A stretch of 64,000 bases of DNA from an archaeon (GCA_027343665.1 DAHWKL010000001.1:46770-110769); one strand, 5' to 3'; shown: positions 37,554 to 46,850, counted from the stretch's first letter. Numbers and translations: made by a program. Notes: generated by a model not told the origin, from the letters alone.

Positions 37554-38509
37554 TTTAATTTCTCACACTCCATTATAAGCTTTTTTGAGAGGTTTAATTT
37601 TTGTTCAACCAAATTTTTTTCAATAGATTCTAATCCCAAAACTTTTAATAACGAATCTGAAAGAATTTTCCGAATTGTATCATCAAGCTTTTTGTCTGAA
37701 GCCCACATTGCAAGACAGCCAACTATAAACCTATGAGCAAAAACAAAGGGGTAATCATTAAAAGTCATTTTCAACCCATCAAGATTATATTTTACCTTAG
37801 ACTTTTCAAAAAATCCCAGGTTTTTCACTTCTGAGTTTTCTCTTTTTTTTAGATCACTCATAAATAGATAAGATTTTTTGAATTCAGACAATATCTTTTT
37901 CTTGTCCATATTGTTGAAATGATAAATCTGTTCGAAGATAGGGTAGAATACTGTTTTATTGATTTTATCAACCTCTTTTATGCTGCTCATGAGCCTGAAG
38001 CTTGGAAAAGGCAAATTAAATCTTCTTGGAAGCGAATGCATCAGAATAAATGACGGTCCATTCCCAATAAGAGTATACAGGCAGTTTTGATAATCTTTTT
38101 TCCTGAAAAAATTCTCTGCAATTCTATATAATCTTTTTGATTCAGATAAATCACTTCTAAATTTATTCCGGGCTTTCCTTCCATCAAATTCAGGAATTTT
38201 TATTTTTCCAGTTTTGTCATAAATAATCTTCTCTTCCGGGAGTAAATTTTCATTTTTCAAATTTTCAATGGAAGAATAATGTTCCTCGATGTATTTGCCT
38301 TTGAATTTATAAAAACCCCTCACAGTTTCGGGTAAATCTGCTTCCTTAACATAAAAATTGATATCAATATCACTATGCTTTGTTTCTTCACCCCTTGCAA
38401 CACTCCCCCCAAGTACGACTGCTTGGATTTCTCTTTCATTTATTCTCTTTTTGACAAGTGCATCAACAATCTCCATAAACTTTCGATGAATTCTTTCGGG
38501 GCGTGTCAT
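37550..38509 (-). CDS. Nucleotidyltransferase-fold protein with large helical C-terminal domain
   Basis: 319 aa with the NTase signature VVLGGSVARGEETKHSDIDINFYV. Confidence 0.65.
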   Translation of the reverse strand: MTRPERIHRKFMEIVDALVKKRINEREIQAVVLGGSVARGEETKHSDIDINFYVKEADLPETVRGFYKFKGKYIEEHYSSIENLKNENLLPEEKIIYDKTGKIKIPEFDGRKARNKFRSDLSESKRLYRIAENFFRKKDYQNCLYTLIGNGPSFILMHSLPRRFNLPFPSFRLMSSIKEVDKINKTVFYPIFEQIYHFNNMDKKKILSEFKKSYLFMSDLKKRENSEVKNLGFFEKSKVKYNLDGLKMTFNDYPFVFAHRFIVGCLAMWASDKKLDDTIRKILSDSLLKVLGLESIEKNLVEQKLNLSKKLIMECEKLK

Positions 38510-39735
38510 TCTCTCAGCGCCTCCACGGGTTTTTGTGTTGCTGCTCTCATAGCAGGAATTATGCCCGCGATTCCCCCAATCAAAAAGCTTCCAAAAAGAG
38601 CGCTTATTATCAACCCAAAGTTCACGGTTATGGGAAGGTGCCCGTTTATGAGACTATTTATCGAGAGAGTCCCGACTACCCCTAAGAGTTCTCCAGCAAT
38701 AGATCCGACAAGCCCGCCAACGAGACCCAATAAACTTGACTCTATGAAGAATTGGGTAAAAATTTGGGCATTTGTTGCACCAATGGATTTCATTATCCCG
38801 ATATCTTTTCTTCTTTCGAGCACAGAAGTTGTCATTGTATTTACAATCCCTATAGCTCCGATAAATATTGAGATAGATGCAACAATAACGATAAAGATCT
38901 GAACACCCCCCAGAACCTGATTAACCTGCGCCAAACTTGCCTGCGGTGTGGAAATCTCAAAGTTCTCTGTGTTTTTTGTAACGCTCCTTAGCCTTATCAA
39001 GAGATTTTCAATATCATTTTTGGTCTTGTTTACATTGTTAGGATCTGTCGGCTCAACAGCTATGATGTCGACCTTATTTCCATAATTAGAGATTGAATCT
39101 AAATCATTCTGATTCATATAAATTACATTATCAAAAATAAAACTCCCCTGTCTAGATAGAACTCCTACGACTTGGAAAGTTCTGTTTTGAATTGTGATAG
39201 AGTTTCCCGGAACAATTGCCTTCCCAAAACCATTTGAATCAGAAGCAAGATTATATCCTAAAACAACTTTTCCTGCATCACCGTCCTTAAGAAGCCTTCC
39301 CGATATAGGTTTAGCATTTATTTGATCATAAACAAATTGCCTATCAGACCCCGATGGAATATTTGTCGCATATGTGAAAGCTGCTTTCTGATTAAATATC
39401 ACCTTTACAGGCACTATATCTCTTCCTATTGCACGTTTGACACTCGAAAGCTCTTTTATTGCATTTAAATCTGTTTTTGTTAAAGGATCTGCAGCTCCAC
39501 TTCCAGGTGCTCCAGCTGAAATTCCTCCTGCCTGCACTGTCAAAAGATCGGTTGAGCTTATGCTAAACTGACTTGCCACAGCGGCCTGAAGCCCATTACC
39601 AAGAGATACCAATGAGACAACTGCAGTCACACCTATAAAAATTCCAAGAAGGGTTAGCCATGAACGCAAACCTCTATGTTTCAGATTCTTGAATGAAAGA
39701 ACAAATGCGTCACTTATCATATTTTCACCTTCCAA
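38506..39735 (-). CDS. ABC transporter permease, FtsX/MacB type (copy 1)
   Basis: 409 aa with the same architecture as 35746-36951 (VLERRKDIGIMKSIGA). Confidence 0.85.
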   Translation of the reverse strand: MEGENMISDAFVLSFKNLKHRGLRSWLTLLGIFIGVTAVVSLVSLGNGLQAAVASQFSISSTDLLTVQAGGISAGAPGSGAADPLTKTDLNAIKELSSVKRAIGRDIVPVKVIFNQKAAFTYATNIPSGSDRQFVYDQINAKPISGRLLKDGDAGKVVLGYNLASDSNGFGKAIVPGNSITIQNRTFQVVGVLSRQGSFIFDNVIYMNQNDLDSISNYGNKVDIIAVEPTDPNNVNKTKNDIENLLIRLRSVTKNTENFEISTPQASLAQVNQVLGGVQIFIVIVASISIFIGAIGIVNTMTTSVLERRKDIGIMKSIGATNAQIFTQFFIESSLLGLVGGLVGSIAGELLGVVGTLSINSLINGHLPITVNFGLIISALFGSFLIGGIAGIIPAMRAATQKPVEALRE

Positions 39736-39777
39736 AAAGAAAATGATTGGGGAGTTATAAAGTTGTTTATTCGAATT

Positions 39778-40383
39778 TCACTTTTTTCTATTTACAGAAA
39801 CAAATGAGGAGAAAGTCCTTTCAAAGATTATAGTATCTAAACCCTCCTTTTGAATTATATCTTCCATCTCTTTTCTTGTGTATCCTCTGACAAAAGTTCT
39901 ATATTTCCCCGTCTTCATTATAAAACCATCTTTGTATAAGGCTCCTCGACCATCATAAAAGTCGCGGTCAATTTCATTTTTATTCCTTAACGATAAAATA
40001 AAATAGCCGTTTTTCTTGAGTGCAGAAAGTGCGTTGCCCAAGACTTCATCACGTTGTTTTTGCGTTGGCAGAACCTGAAGGACAAAGTTTAGCATAACAG
40101 TATCATAATCTTTATTCTCGAGATTTGTAGAAATCGAATGTATTTTTTGAATCAGTACGGGATCTATCCTTTCAATTTGTTCCGCCAGATCAAGTGCGTC
40201 TACCGTAAAACCCTTTTCAGATAAGTAAAATGAATCACGGAGGAATTTCCCGCAGCCATAATCGAGAATTTTTTGTACACCATGACCTTGCAAAAACGGC
40301 ATGACAATCTCTTTCATTGCTTTGTTAGGTTTTGTCTCCCGTGATGTCAATGGATAAGCAAGCTCTTCAAGATTTATTTTCAT
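39778..40383 (-). CDS. Class I SAM-dependent methyltransferase
   Basis: 201 aa with KILDYGCGKF (motif I), VDALDL and DTVMLNFVLQ. Confidence 0.75.
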   Translation of the reverse strand: MKINLEELAYPLTSRETKPNKAMKEIVMPFLQGHGVQKILDYGCGKFLRDSFYLSEKGFTVDALDLAEQIERIDPVLIQKIHSISTNLENKDYDTVMLNFVLQVLPTQKQRDEVLGNALSALKKNGYFILSLRNKNEIDRDFYDGRGALYKDGFIMKTGKYRTFVRGYTRKEMEDIIQKEGLDTIIFERTFSSFVSVNRKK

Positions 40384-40417
40384 AAATTATGCAGAGAAAA
40401 TTTGTTTAAATCATTAC

Positions 40418-41179
40418 TTATTTCCTCTTCTCAACTAATTCTTTCAAATCCCCATCTATATACTTTGCGCCTTTTTTCTTCTTGGTTACTTTTTCTATTT
40501 TCCCGTCGCGCAGCCAATAAACTATATCCGCATGGTACTCTGCAAGCTCCGGTTCATGTGTGATCATAATTATTGTCTTCCCCTCTTTGTGAAGTTTATC
40601 AAGAAAATGCATGACAATATCCCCCGTTTTTGTATCTAAGTTTCCAGTTGGTTCATCAGCAAGAATCACTTCAGGATCATTAGCAAGTGCTCTGGCTATT
40701 GCAACTCTCTGCTTCTGCCCGCCTGAAAGTTCACTTGGGTAATGATTCATCCTTTCAGAAAGCTCTACCAGGTCAAGAAGTTCTTCTGCCTTTATTTCCC
40801 TCTCTTCAAGAGGGATATTCTGAAAAGTCATCGGAAGCATAACATTCTCTTTTGCAGTCAGATTCGGAATAAGATTGAATGATTGGAAGATAAAACCAAT
40901 TTTCCTACCTCTAAGCTGGGCAAGATCCGACTCCGTAAAAGTGGAAATGTCTTCTCCGTCCAAGAAAATGCGACCTTTGGTCGGGACGTCAAGGCTCCCT
41001 ACAAGATTCATCGATGTAGACTTCCCTGATCCGGAGGGCCCCATTATAGCGACGAAATCCCCTATATTCACTTTTATTGAGATCCCATCGACAGCCTTTA
41101 CAACATTCTCACCCATATAGTAATATTTGAATACATCTTTCAACTCAATGAACACGGAATCTTTTTCACTCTTCTCCAT
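40418..41179 (-). CDS. ABC transporter ATP-binding protein (MacB/LolD-like)
   Basis: 253 aa. Motifs: GPSGSGKST (Walker A), LSGGQKQRVAIARAL (signature), ILADEPTGNLD (Walker B). Confidence 0.95.
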   Translation of the reverse strand: MEKSEKDSVFIELKDVFKYYYMGENVVKAVDGISIKVNIGDFVAIMGPSGSGKSTSMNLVGSLDVPTKGRIFLDGEDISTFTESDLAQLRGRKIGFIFQSFNLIPNLTAKENVMLPMTFQNIPLEEREIKAEELLDLVELSERMNHYPSELSGGQKQRVAIARALANDPEVILADEPTGNLDTKTGDIVMHFLDKLHKEGKTIIMITHEPELAEYHADIVYWLRDGKIEKVTKKKKGAKYIDGDLKELVEKRK

Positions 41180-41891
41180 CTGACGAAAAAGTTTGAGAAT
41201 TATTTAAATGTAATCTTTTATCATCAAAACCCGTTCTTTCTTTGAGCCATCTTAGATAAATTCCGGAATATTTCCTTTCAAGCTCAAAGATATCAATCAG
41301 TTTTTCGCCGTCTGTTCTGTAAAGTTTATTTATCTCTTTTCTGTCACCGCCGAACTTTTCAAGGAGTATTCTTTTGCCTTTTTCATAAATTTTCCTTTTT
41401 TTTGAAAAAAATTTCTCATAATAATCTTTTCCTATAAAAGTCATAAAGACATCAGGAATTTCCACAACCCTTTTGTAGTTGGGGAAGTGAGTTGAAATCA
41501 ATTCTGCGTCGCCTTCTATAAGATAAGGGTAAGGATTTGCCCCGCCTTTACCAAAGTCATAAGAGTGAGAGAAATGCAAGATTTCTGGGAAAGAACTAAA
41601 TTGCGCGTTATGCATCAGTTCATGCGCAAGGACAGAGGAATAAATACTTTCTTCAACAAGTTTAGAAGATATGCTTAATCGCCTGAGCTCATGACTATAT
41701 GAACCGGCCTGATGATAATGCAAAATCATAGCATTCCTTAATGATAAACGACTTAAAAGGATGGGAGCAATAAAATTTCTGGTTAATTTAAAATAAACCT
41801 GCTCAAGGTTACACTTCAAGCCACTTAATTCCTCGACCTGCGGAGCAATTCTTTTTGCTTCTTTATAAAGAAAATCCTGCATTGATCCCAC
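41166..41891 (-). CDS. HExxH putative Zn metallopeptidase (paralog of 46283-46822)
   Basis: 241 aa with LAHELMHNAQFSSF and YLIEGDAELIS. It overlaps the ABC ATPase start by 14 nt. Confidence 0.55.
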   Translation of the reverse strand: MGSMQDFLYKEAKRIAPQVEELSGLKCNLEQVYFKLTRNFIAPILLSRLSLRNAMILHYHQAGSYSHELRRLSISSKLVEESIYSSVLAHELMHNAQFSSFPEILHFSHSYDFGKGGANPYPYLIEGDAELISTHFPNYKRVVEIPDVFMTFIGKDYYEKFFSKKRKIYEKGKRILLEKFGGDRKEINKLYRTDGEKLIDIFELERKYSGIYLRWLKERTGFDDKRLHLNNSQTFSSDGEE

Positions 41892-41949
41892 AAAATATTA
41901 CAATTAAATTGATATATAAAATTATCCCTGTTTTTTGGAAATCCTTGGA

Positions 41950-42303
41950 TCAATAAAACTCTGAGATATCTTTTTTGAAGAGATTAAAATTAGATATAAT
42001 CCCCTTATAGTGTGTTCCTTCAATTGCCGAGACAAGACCTTTAATTTTTCCGGCATCACCATCGGCTCCGATATTATCTATAAATGCACGCATTTTCTTC
42101 CCGTCAAAAGTGAAAACTGTAACACTGTACGGATCAAATGAATCTCTGAATTTTGCAACGGTGAAATAATAAAAACCTTTTTTTGGCTGCATGATTTCAG
42201 TTGCCAGATAAGTCCCAAAAACACTCGGAGTAGCCTGATCAAGATAACAAGAAATCAGATTCCTGAGAGCATAAAAATCCACCCTCAGCAAATCATTTGG
42301 CAT
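41950..42303 (-). CDS. Hypothetical protein
   Basis: 117-aa ORF. It begins immediately after the stop of the RecJ-like gene. Confidence 0.4.
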   Translation of the reverse strand: MPNDLLRVDFYALRNLISCYLDQATPSVFGTYLATEIMQPKKGFYYFTVAKFRDSFDPYSVTVFTFDGKKMRAFIDNIGADGDAGKIKGLVSAIEGTHYKGIISNFNLFKKDISEFY

Positions 42304-42304
42304 T

Positions 42305-43942
42305 TTAGTTCCTGTGTTTTATAAATTCTTTAAGATATTTTACTATCTCATCTTTTTTGTAAGGCAAAAATGTGAGCGAACCTGCATTCTTGTGACCTCC
42401 GCCAGCGACAAAAGCCTCGGGAACCTTTTCATTAAGGAATCCTAAAAGTTCATGGAACGAGAAATTTGCTTCATCTGTTGCCCTCAGGGTTATTGCAGTC
42501 GACATCACACCTGCTGTGACAAGAGCCGAAACATTCTTTTCGTGCTGGTAATTATCATGTATGAGACTGACTGCCCTTCCAGGTTTTGGAAAGAATCCGA
42601 ATCCGGGGAAGGTCTCTTCAATTTCTATCGTCTGCAAAGTTACTTTTCCAAATTTTTCATGTTTCGCATTGCTTTTCCCTATAGACACACCTCTTTTATC
42701 AAGGTCATGAATATAAGGAGCCATGAGTTCAATCAATTTCTTCTGCTTATCCCTGGGTTCTCCAAAAAGAACTTCTATATATTCCCTAGCTTCCATAAAT
42801 CTGAGTTTTGCAGATGCATAATCAATCACCAGCGCAATGTCAGCGAGAAGTTCTTTTGAGTATCCTTCTTTTTCCGCAATTTTGAGGTATTGGTCCATAA
42901 CATTTGGATTTGCTAAATCAATCTTGTCAGCGAATCCCGCCATTGCCGGAATCTGAGATATATTTTTCACTTCCGGGTTTATGAACCTTGCAATCTCCGT
43001 GCAAAGCATACCTGCCGAAAATTTAGTTCCTTCTTCTCCTACGAGGAAAGGATTTATATGGACAAGAACTTCCTGAGAGATGACGTCAGTATCATAAGGA
43101 TGGTGATCAATTACAATAAAATCAGCCCCATGGACTTTCCCCTGCTTTATTCCCATAAGGTCTTCCTGAGTCGAACCATTGTCAGCGATTATAATCAAAG
43201 GCATCTTATTTGAGAATTTCGCGACATTCCTTAAAGAGTTCGCCATGTCTTTTATTGAATCATCAATTTCGTAATAAGGTGCCTGGCACGGAGCCCTTAA
43301 GAAAAATTCCCAAGGCGCTTTGACTGAACTGTGCTGTTTTATTATCAATGGCAAAATTGCTCTCTCAAGTGAGAATCCTGAAGAATATCCGTCAGCATCA
43401 TTGTGATGCCTTACAATTATCGGCCTGTTCTGGATTATGGCCAATCTTATCTGAGTTGCCGCTTCCACAAATCTTGATTTCAATTTATCAAGGATAACAT
43501 CTTTCACCAAAAATTCCGGAGGTGTGACTTTCGCCCTTTCTTTTTCCATGTCAGAAAGTTTTTTCAGAAACTCTTTTTTCTCTTCATCACTTAATTTTTT
43601 TATATGACTTATCTCACCTTCAAGCTCGCCCTGGAATTCTCCAACTGAAACTGTGGCTTTTACAGCATCACCTTCATCTATTTCTGGATAAGCTCTCTGT
43701 CCCGGACCTATGAAACCTTTTATCGCAAGGCTTCCAGTCCCATCGCTGACTCCAAAAATAGTGGGTCCGCCGGTCTGCACGACACGATCTACAATACCCT
43801 CCACAATTATCTTTCCTTTTGAGTTCAAGTTAATATTTTCAATAGAAACATGCTTTGCATCAAAGTTATGAATGGGTTTTTTGAAATCACGGGACCCACC
43901 TTTGAAACCATGTGATTTTCCGTTATGTTTTTTGTCTTTCAT
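42305..43942 (-). CDS. RecJ-like DHH/DHHA1 phosphoesterase with N-terminal OB fold (archaeal RecJ/Cdc45-type nuclease)
   Basis: 545 aa. An OB-like segment VEGIVDRVVQTGGPTIFGVSDGTG is followed by DHH motifs VRHHNDADGYSSG, IADNG and IVIDHHP, and the DHHA1 motif GGGHKNAG. Confidence 0.8.
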   Translation of the reverse strand: MKDKKHNGKSHGFKGGSRDFKKPIHNFDAKHVSIENINLNSKGKIIVEGIVDRVVQTGGPTIFGVSDGTGSLAIKGFIGPGQRAYPEIDEGDAVKATVSVGEFQGELEGEISHIKKLSDEEKKEFLKKLSDMEKERAKVTPPEFLVKDVILDKLKSRFVEAATQIRLAIIQNRPIIVRHHNDADGYSSGFSLERAILPLIIKQHSSVKAPWEFFLRAPCQAPYYEIDDSIKDMANSLRNVAKFSNKMPLIIIADNGSTQEDLMGIKQGKVHGADFIVIDHHPYDTDVISQEVLVHINPFLVGEEGTKFSAGMLCTEIARFINPEVKNISQIPAMAGFADKIDLANPNVMDQYLKIAEKEGYSKELLADIALVIDYASAKLRFMEAREYIEVLFGEPRDKQKKLIELMAPYIHDLDKRGVSIGKSNAKHEKFGKVTLQTIEIEETFPGFGFFPKPGRAVSLIHDNYQHEKNVSALVTAGVMSTAITLRATDEANFSFHELLGFLNEKVPEAFVAGGGHKNAGSLTFLPYKKDEIVKYLKEFIKHRN

Positions 43943-44132
43943 TTTATTATTTGCCTCATATAAGTTAAAAATCTTTGTATATATCTAGTAACCAGAATTA
44001 TTTTTCACCAAAATCAATTCTTAATTGTATGGATAATTTTTCATGAGTATATAAATTTTTCGGCAGCCTAACTTTGTGCATAAAGTGTCTTTCCATTCAA
44101 AATTTATACACAAAACCAATCTAACAGCAATC

Positions 44133-44140
44133 TTTATAAA
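44133..44140 (+). promoter_or_regulatory. TATA box of the rps6e promoter
   Basis: TTTATAAA lies 29 nt upstream of the ATG, consistent with a short-leader or leaderless archaeal transcript. Confidence 0.5.
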
Positions 44141-44161
44141 TCAAATTACGCAAAATAATTC

Positions 44162-44599
44162 ATGGCATTCAAAATTAACATCGGAGAAAAATCTGGGAAG
44201 ACTTACAAACTTGAAGCAAACGCACCAGGCATTATTGATAGAGAGATAGGAGATAAGATTGAAGGAAAAGAGATAAAAAATGATCTTGAAGGTTATGAAT
44301 TTGAGATAACTGGCGCTTCAGATAAATCCGGGTTCCCCTTATTAAAAGAAATTCCCGGGCAAATACTCCAGGGAGCACTTTTAACTTACGGCAAAGCTAT
44401 GCATAAAAAACCGAAAAGAGAAGGCAAAAAACCAGCAAGGGACAAAAAACCCAAAGGACTAAGATTAAGAAAGACTGTAAGAGGTAAAGTAATTTCAGAA
44501 GCAGTTGTCCAAGTTAACCTTAAAGTCACAAAAGAAGGGAAGAAACCTCTTTCCGAAATTTTTGCAGTTACGGAAAAAGCTGCTGAAGGCACAAGATAG
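44162..44599 (+). CDS. rps6e: 30S ribosomal protein S6e
   Basis: 145 aa: MAFKINIGEKSGKTYKLE...ITGASDKSGFPL...RLRKTVRG. The TATA box TTTATAAA at 44133-44140 lies 29 nt upstream of the ATG. Confidence 0.9.
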   Translation: MAFKINIGEKSGKTYKLEANAPGIIDREIGDKIEGKEIKNDLEGYEFEITGASDKSGFPLLKEIPGQILQGALLTYGKAMHKKPKREGKKPARDKKPKGLRLRKTVRGKVISEAVVQVNLKVTKEGKKPLSEIFAVTEKAAEGTR

Positions 44600-44945
44600 A
44601 TGAAATGCCAAAGAGCATAGAATGAATATTAGGTAATAGTTCTGTTTTGAATATCAAATTAAAATCTTTATAGATTGTTTCTTTTATGCTGTCTCTTGCC
44701 CTAAGAATAATATCATAAATCTGGATTCTCACTTTCCTTGAGCCACAAGATTGACAATCATTTATTGAAATATTCTCTTTTTCAGGCCTGACATTCCTTT
44801 CAAGATGGCTCAAGATTATCTCATTTTCAGGACCAAGAACTCTCTTCTCATAAAGCCTGCGCTCAACCTGATTCATAAAACAAGCTGGGCAAATGTCGTT
44901 TCCTATCTGTTTCACAAACATTTTCGAAGATTTTTTCTGTTCCAT
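44568..44945 (-). CDS. Small Cys-containing protein (degenerate zinc-ribbon paralog)
   Basis: 125 aa with ICPACFMNQVERRL and DCQSCGS. It is a paralog of the adjacent 44958-45293 ORF. Its 3' end overlaps the rps6e 3' end by 32 nt. Confidence 0.45.
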   Translation of the reverse strand: MEQKKSSKMFVKQIGNDICPACFMNQVERRLYEKRVLGPENEIILSHLERNVRPEKENISINDCQSCGSRKVRIQIYDIILRARDSIKETIYKDFNLIFKTELLPNIHSMLFGISSILCLQQLFP

Positions 44946-44957
44946 ATTCTTTTGATC

Positions 44958-45293
44958 TCAGTGTGTCCAGATGGCATAATTGAAGATATCGTCGAAGTCC
45001 TCAACAATTCCCTTGTCACGAAGTTTTTTCAATACCCACCTTGTCCTAAGGACAAGACAATAAGTGCAAAAATCAACAGTATTTTGATGGCATATCACAC
45101 AGTCAATATCTGAAAGTCCTTCATCAGAAATCTCAATTACTCTTTTGAGTTCATTAACCACTTCTTTTTTCTTTGCAGAATCAATATCCCTTCCGGCAAG
45201 CCATTCATTGACATGTTTCAAAAAGCATTCAGAACATACAGGATTAGATATCACATGCATACACTTTTTGCAAAGGTAATATTCCATTTTCAT
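44958..45293 (-). CDS. Small zinc-ribbon protein with four CxxC pairs
   Basis: 111 aa with CKKC, CSEC, CVIC and CTYC. VCSECFLKHVNEWL resembles the N-terminal Zn finger of TtuA/NcsA-type PP-loop ATPases. Confidence 0.5.
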   Translation of the reverse strand: MKMEYYLCKKCMHVISNPVCSECFLKHVNEWLAGRDIDSAKKKEVVNELKRVIEISDEGLSDIDCVICHQNTVDFCTYCLVLRTRWVLKKLRDKGIVEDFDDIFNYAIWTH

Positions 45294-45368
45294 GACAGAG
45301 TTAAGTCTTTTTCATTTATAATTGAAAGCAGTATGCAAAAAAAATAAGGTGTATTTCGGAAAACAACA

Positions 45369-46133
45369 TCATTTCGTTTTTTTGGATATTGACCATAAAA
45401 GATCAAATATATTGTCGAAGTTTCCAGCAAGAAGATTATTTTTGAACATTATGCAAAAGACGGGGTTCATAAGAACCCCTATCACAAACATATTCCCGCA
45501 GGAAAGTCTAAAAACTTTTGAACTTTCTTTAGATACTAACCTTCTAATAAAGATTATCTTGTCTCTCTTAATTTTTCCAGCACTTTTTAATCCTAGACCG
45601 CTGAAGATTATTTTTGTTTCAATCTTATTTTTCAGGATCTCCCTGAAATAATCATGGATAAAAGCTTCACCCAGCAAATCTTCCAATTCCTTGGTGTAAT
45701 CATAAAATTTTATCGATTTTTTCTCCCTGAGAAAATCATAAAGTATGGCTTTGAGTGCAAAAACACCCCTGTGAAAAGAAATACTCTCATTATCTGTTTC
45801 ACGCAATGGAGAAATCTTAACCTTGGATATTTCCTCTTTTAGTTCAACTTCTTTCCCCTTAAAATAATCGGAAAGTTTTTCCATAGGTAAAGCAGAATAT
45901 TCCCTTTTTTCATCTTTTGTTATAGTGTAAACAAAGCCCTTTTCTATAAGACTCCTGAGCGAATCATACACATTTGTCCTGTGGACATTGATTTTTTTAG
46001 AGATATAAAGAGCTGAAGAAGCTGGTTCTCTTAGCAAGAAAAAATAAATCAAGATTTCATTCTTTGAGAAGCCGATTGAAGACAGGATTCCTGCGATTTT
46101 TTGTAACGAGTTCTCATCTGAGATCTTTGTCAT
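45369..46133 (-). CDS. TrmB-family transcriptional regulator
   Basis: 254 aa. The N-terminal wHTH is GFSKNEILIYFFLLREPASSALYISKKINVHRTNVYDSLRSLIEKGFV, followed by a TrmB-like C-terminal domain. Confidence 0.75.
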   Translation of the reverse strand: MTKISDENSLQKIAGILSSIGFSKNEILIYFFLLREPASSALYISKKINVHRTNVYDSLRSLIEKGFVYTITKDEKREYSALPMEKLSDYFKGKEVELKEEISKVKISPLRETDNESISFHRGVFALKAILYDFLREKKSIKFYDYTKELEDLLGEAFIHDYFREILKNKIETKIIFSGLGLKSAGKIKRDKIIFIRRLVSKESSKVFRLSCGNMFVIGVLMNPVFCIMFKNNLLAGNFDNIFDLLWSISKKTK

Positions 46134-46201
46134 ATTAATCCAGATTGATGAAACCTTCCGCTTTTTTTATAAAGCTCTGGTTGTATATAAGGGTTTTTAT
46201 C

Positions 46202-46232
46202 CTGCAGTAGTTATTAATAATAACTCCTACAG
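46202..46232. promoter_or_regulatory. 31-nt palindrome in the divergent trmB-like/HExxH intergenic region (candidate operator)
   Basis: CTGCAGTAGTTATTA-A-TAATAACTCCTACAG. 13 of 15 arm positions are complementary. Confidence 0.4.
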
Positions 46233-46282
46233 AGGAACAACAAAATCGAAAGGTTTATATAGCGCTTTGCGCTTTATGCTCC

Positions 46283-46822
46283 ATGATAATAACAGAAGAT
46301 TTCGCACGTAAGGCAATATTAGAAGTAGCTCCACTTGTCGAAGATATTGGTAAGCTTAAGACAGAATTGGATAATTATGAAATCCATGTAAAAAATATAC
46401 CCTCACAAGCAAGTTATCTCCCCCCATTTAAACTGTTCAGTTTTAATAATGCATTAAGCGGGAACAAAGTTTATCTTAAGAGTGTAATAAGTCACGAACT
46501 GTTTCACAATGCCCAATTTTCCACTATTAAAGATTTGTGGAAGAGACACTTAAATATTAACCAAATCTCCTCAAAACAGCTCGAGAATAGGTCTTCTCTC
46601 ACAAAATTAATTGAAGGAGATGCCACATTTGTAGAGATGGAAGTAGAAAAAGTGCTTCAAAATAATATATTGGCCCGCCAGTTTGATAGATTAAAGTTCC
46701 CTAAATATTACAAGTCTTGGGAAAATATTCTTCGAAAAAAATTTAGTGGGAAAAGGAAAGATATAAACGAACTTTATACCGCACCAATCGAAGAATTAAA
46801 TAAAATATTTAAATCAGACTAA
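46283..46822 (+). CDS. HExxH putative Zn metallopeptidase (paralog of 41166-41891)
   Basis: 179 aa with ISHELFHNAQFSTI and KLIEGDATFVE. Confidence 0.55.
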   Translation: MIITEDFARKAILEVAPLVEDIGKLKTELDNYEIHVKNIPSQASYLPPFKLFSFNNALSGNKVYLKSVISHELFHNAQFSTIKDLWKRHLNINQISSKQLENRSSLTKLIEGDATFVEMEVEKVLQNNILARQFDRLKFPKYYKSWENILRKKFSGKRKDINELYTAPIEELNKIFKSD

Positions 46823-46850
46823 AAAGAGAACAAAAAGGAGGAAAGATAAA

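Noticed and set aside
38375-38902. 175-aa plus-strand ORF and other antisense ORFs (for example 62544-63188, 32169-32747, 29158-29574, 42452-42859)
   Set aside because: Each lies entirely within a well-supported gene on the opposite strand (FtsX permease, sufC, aIF5B, P-type ATPase, RecJ-like). They show biased Ser/Pro/Phe-rich composition typical of antisense frames.
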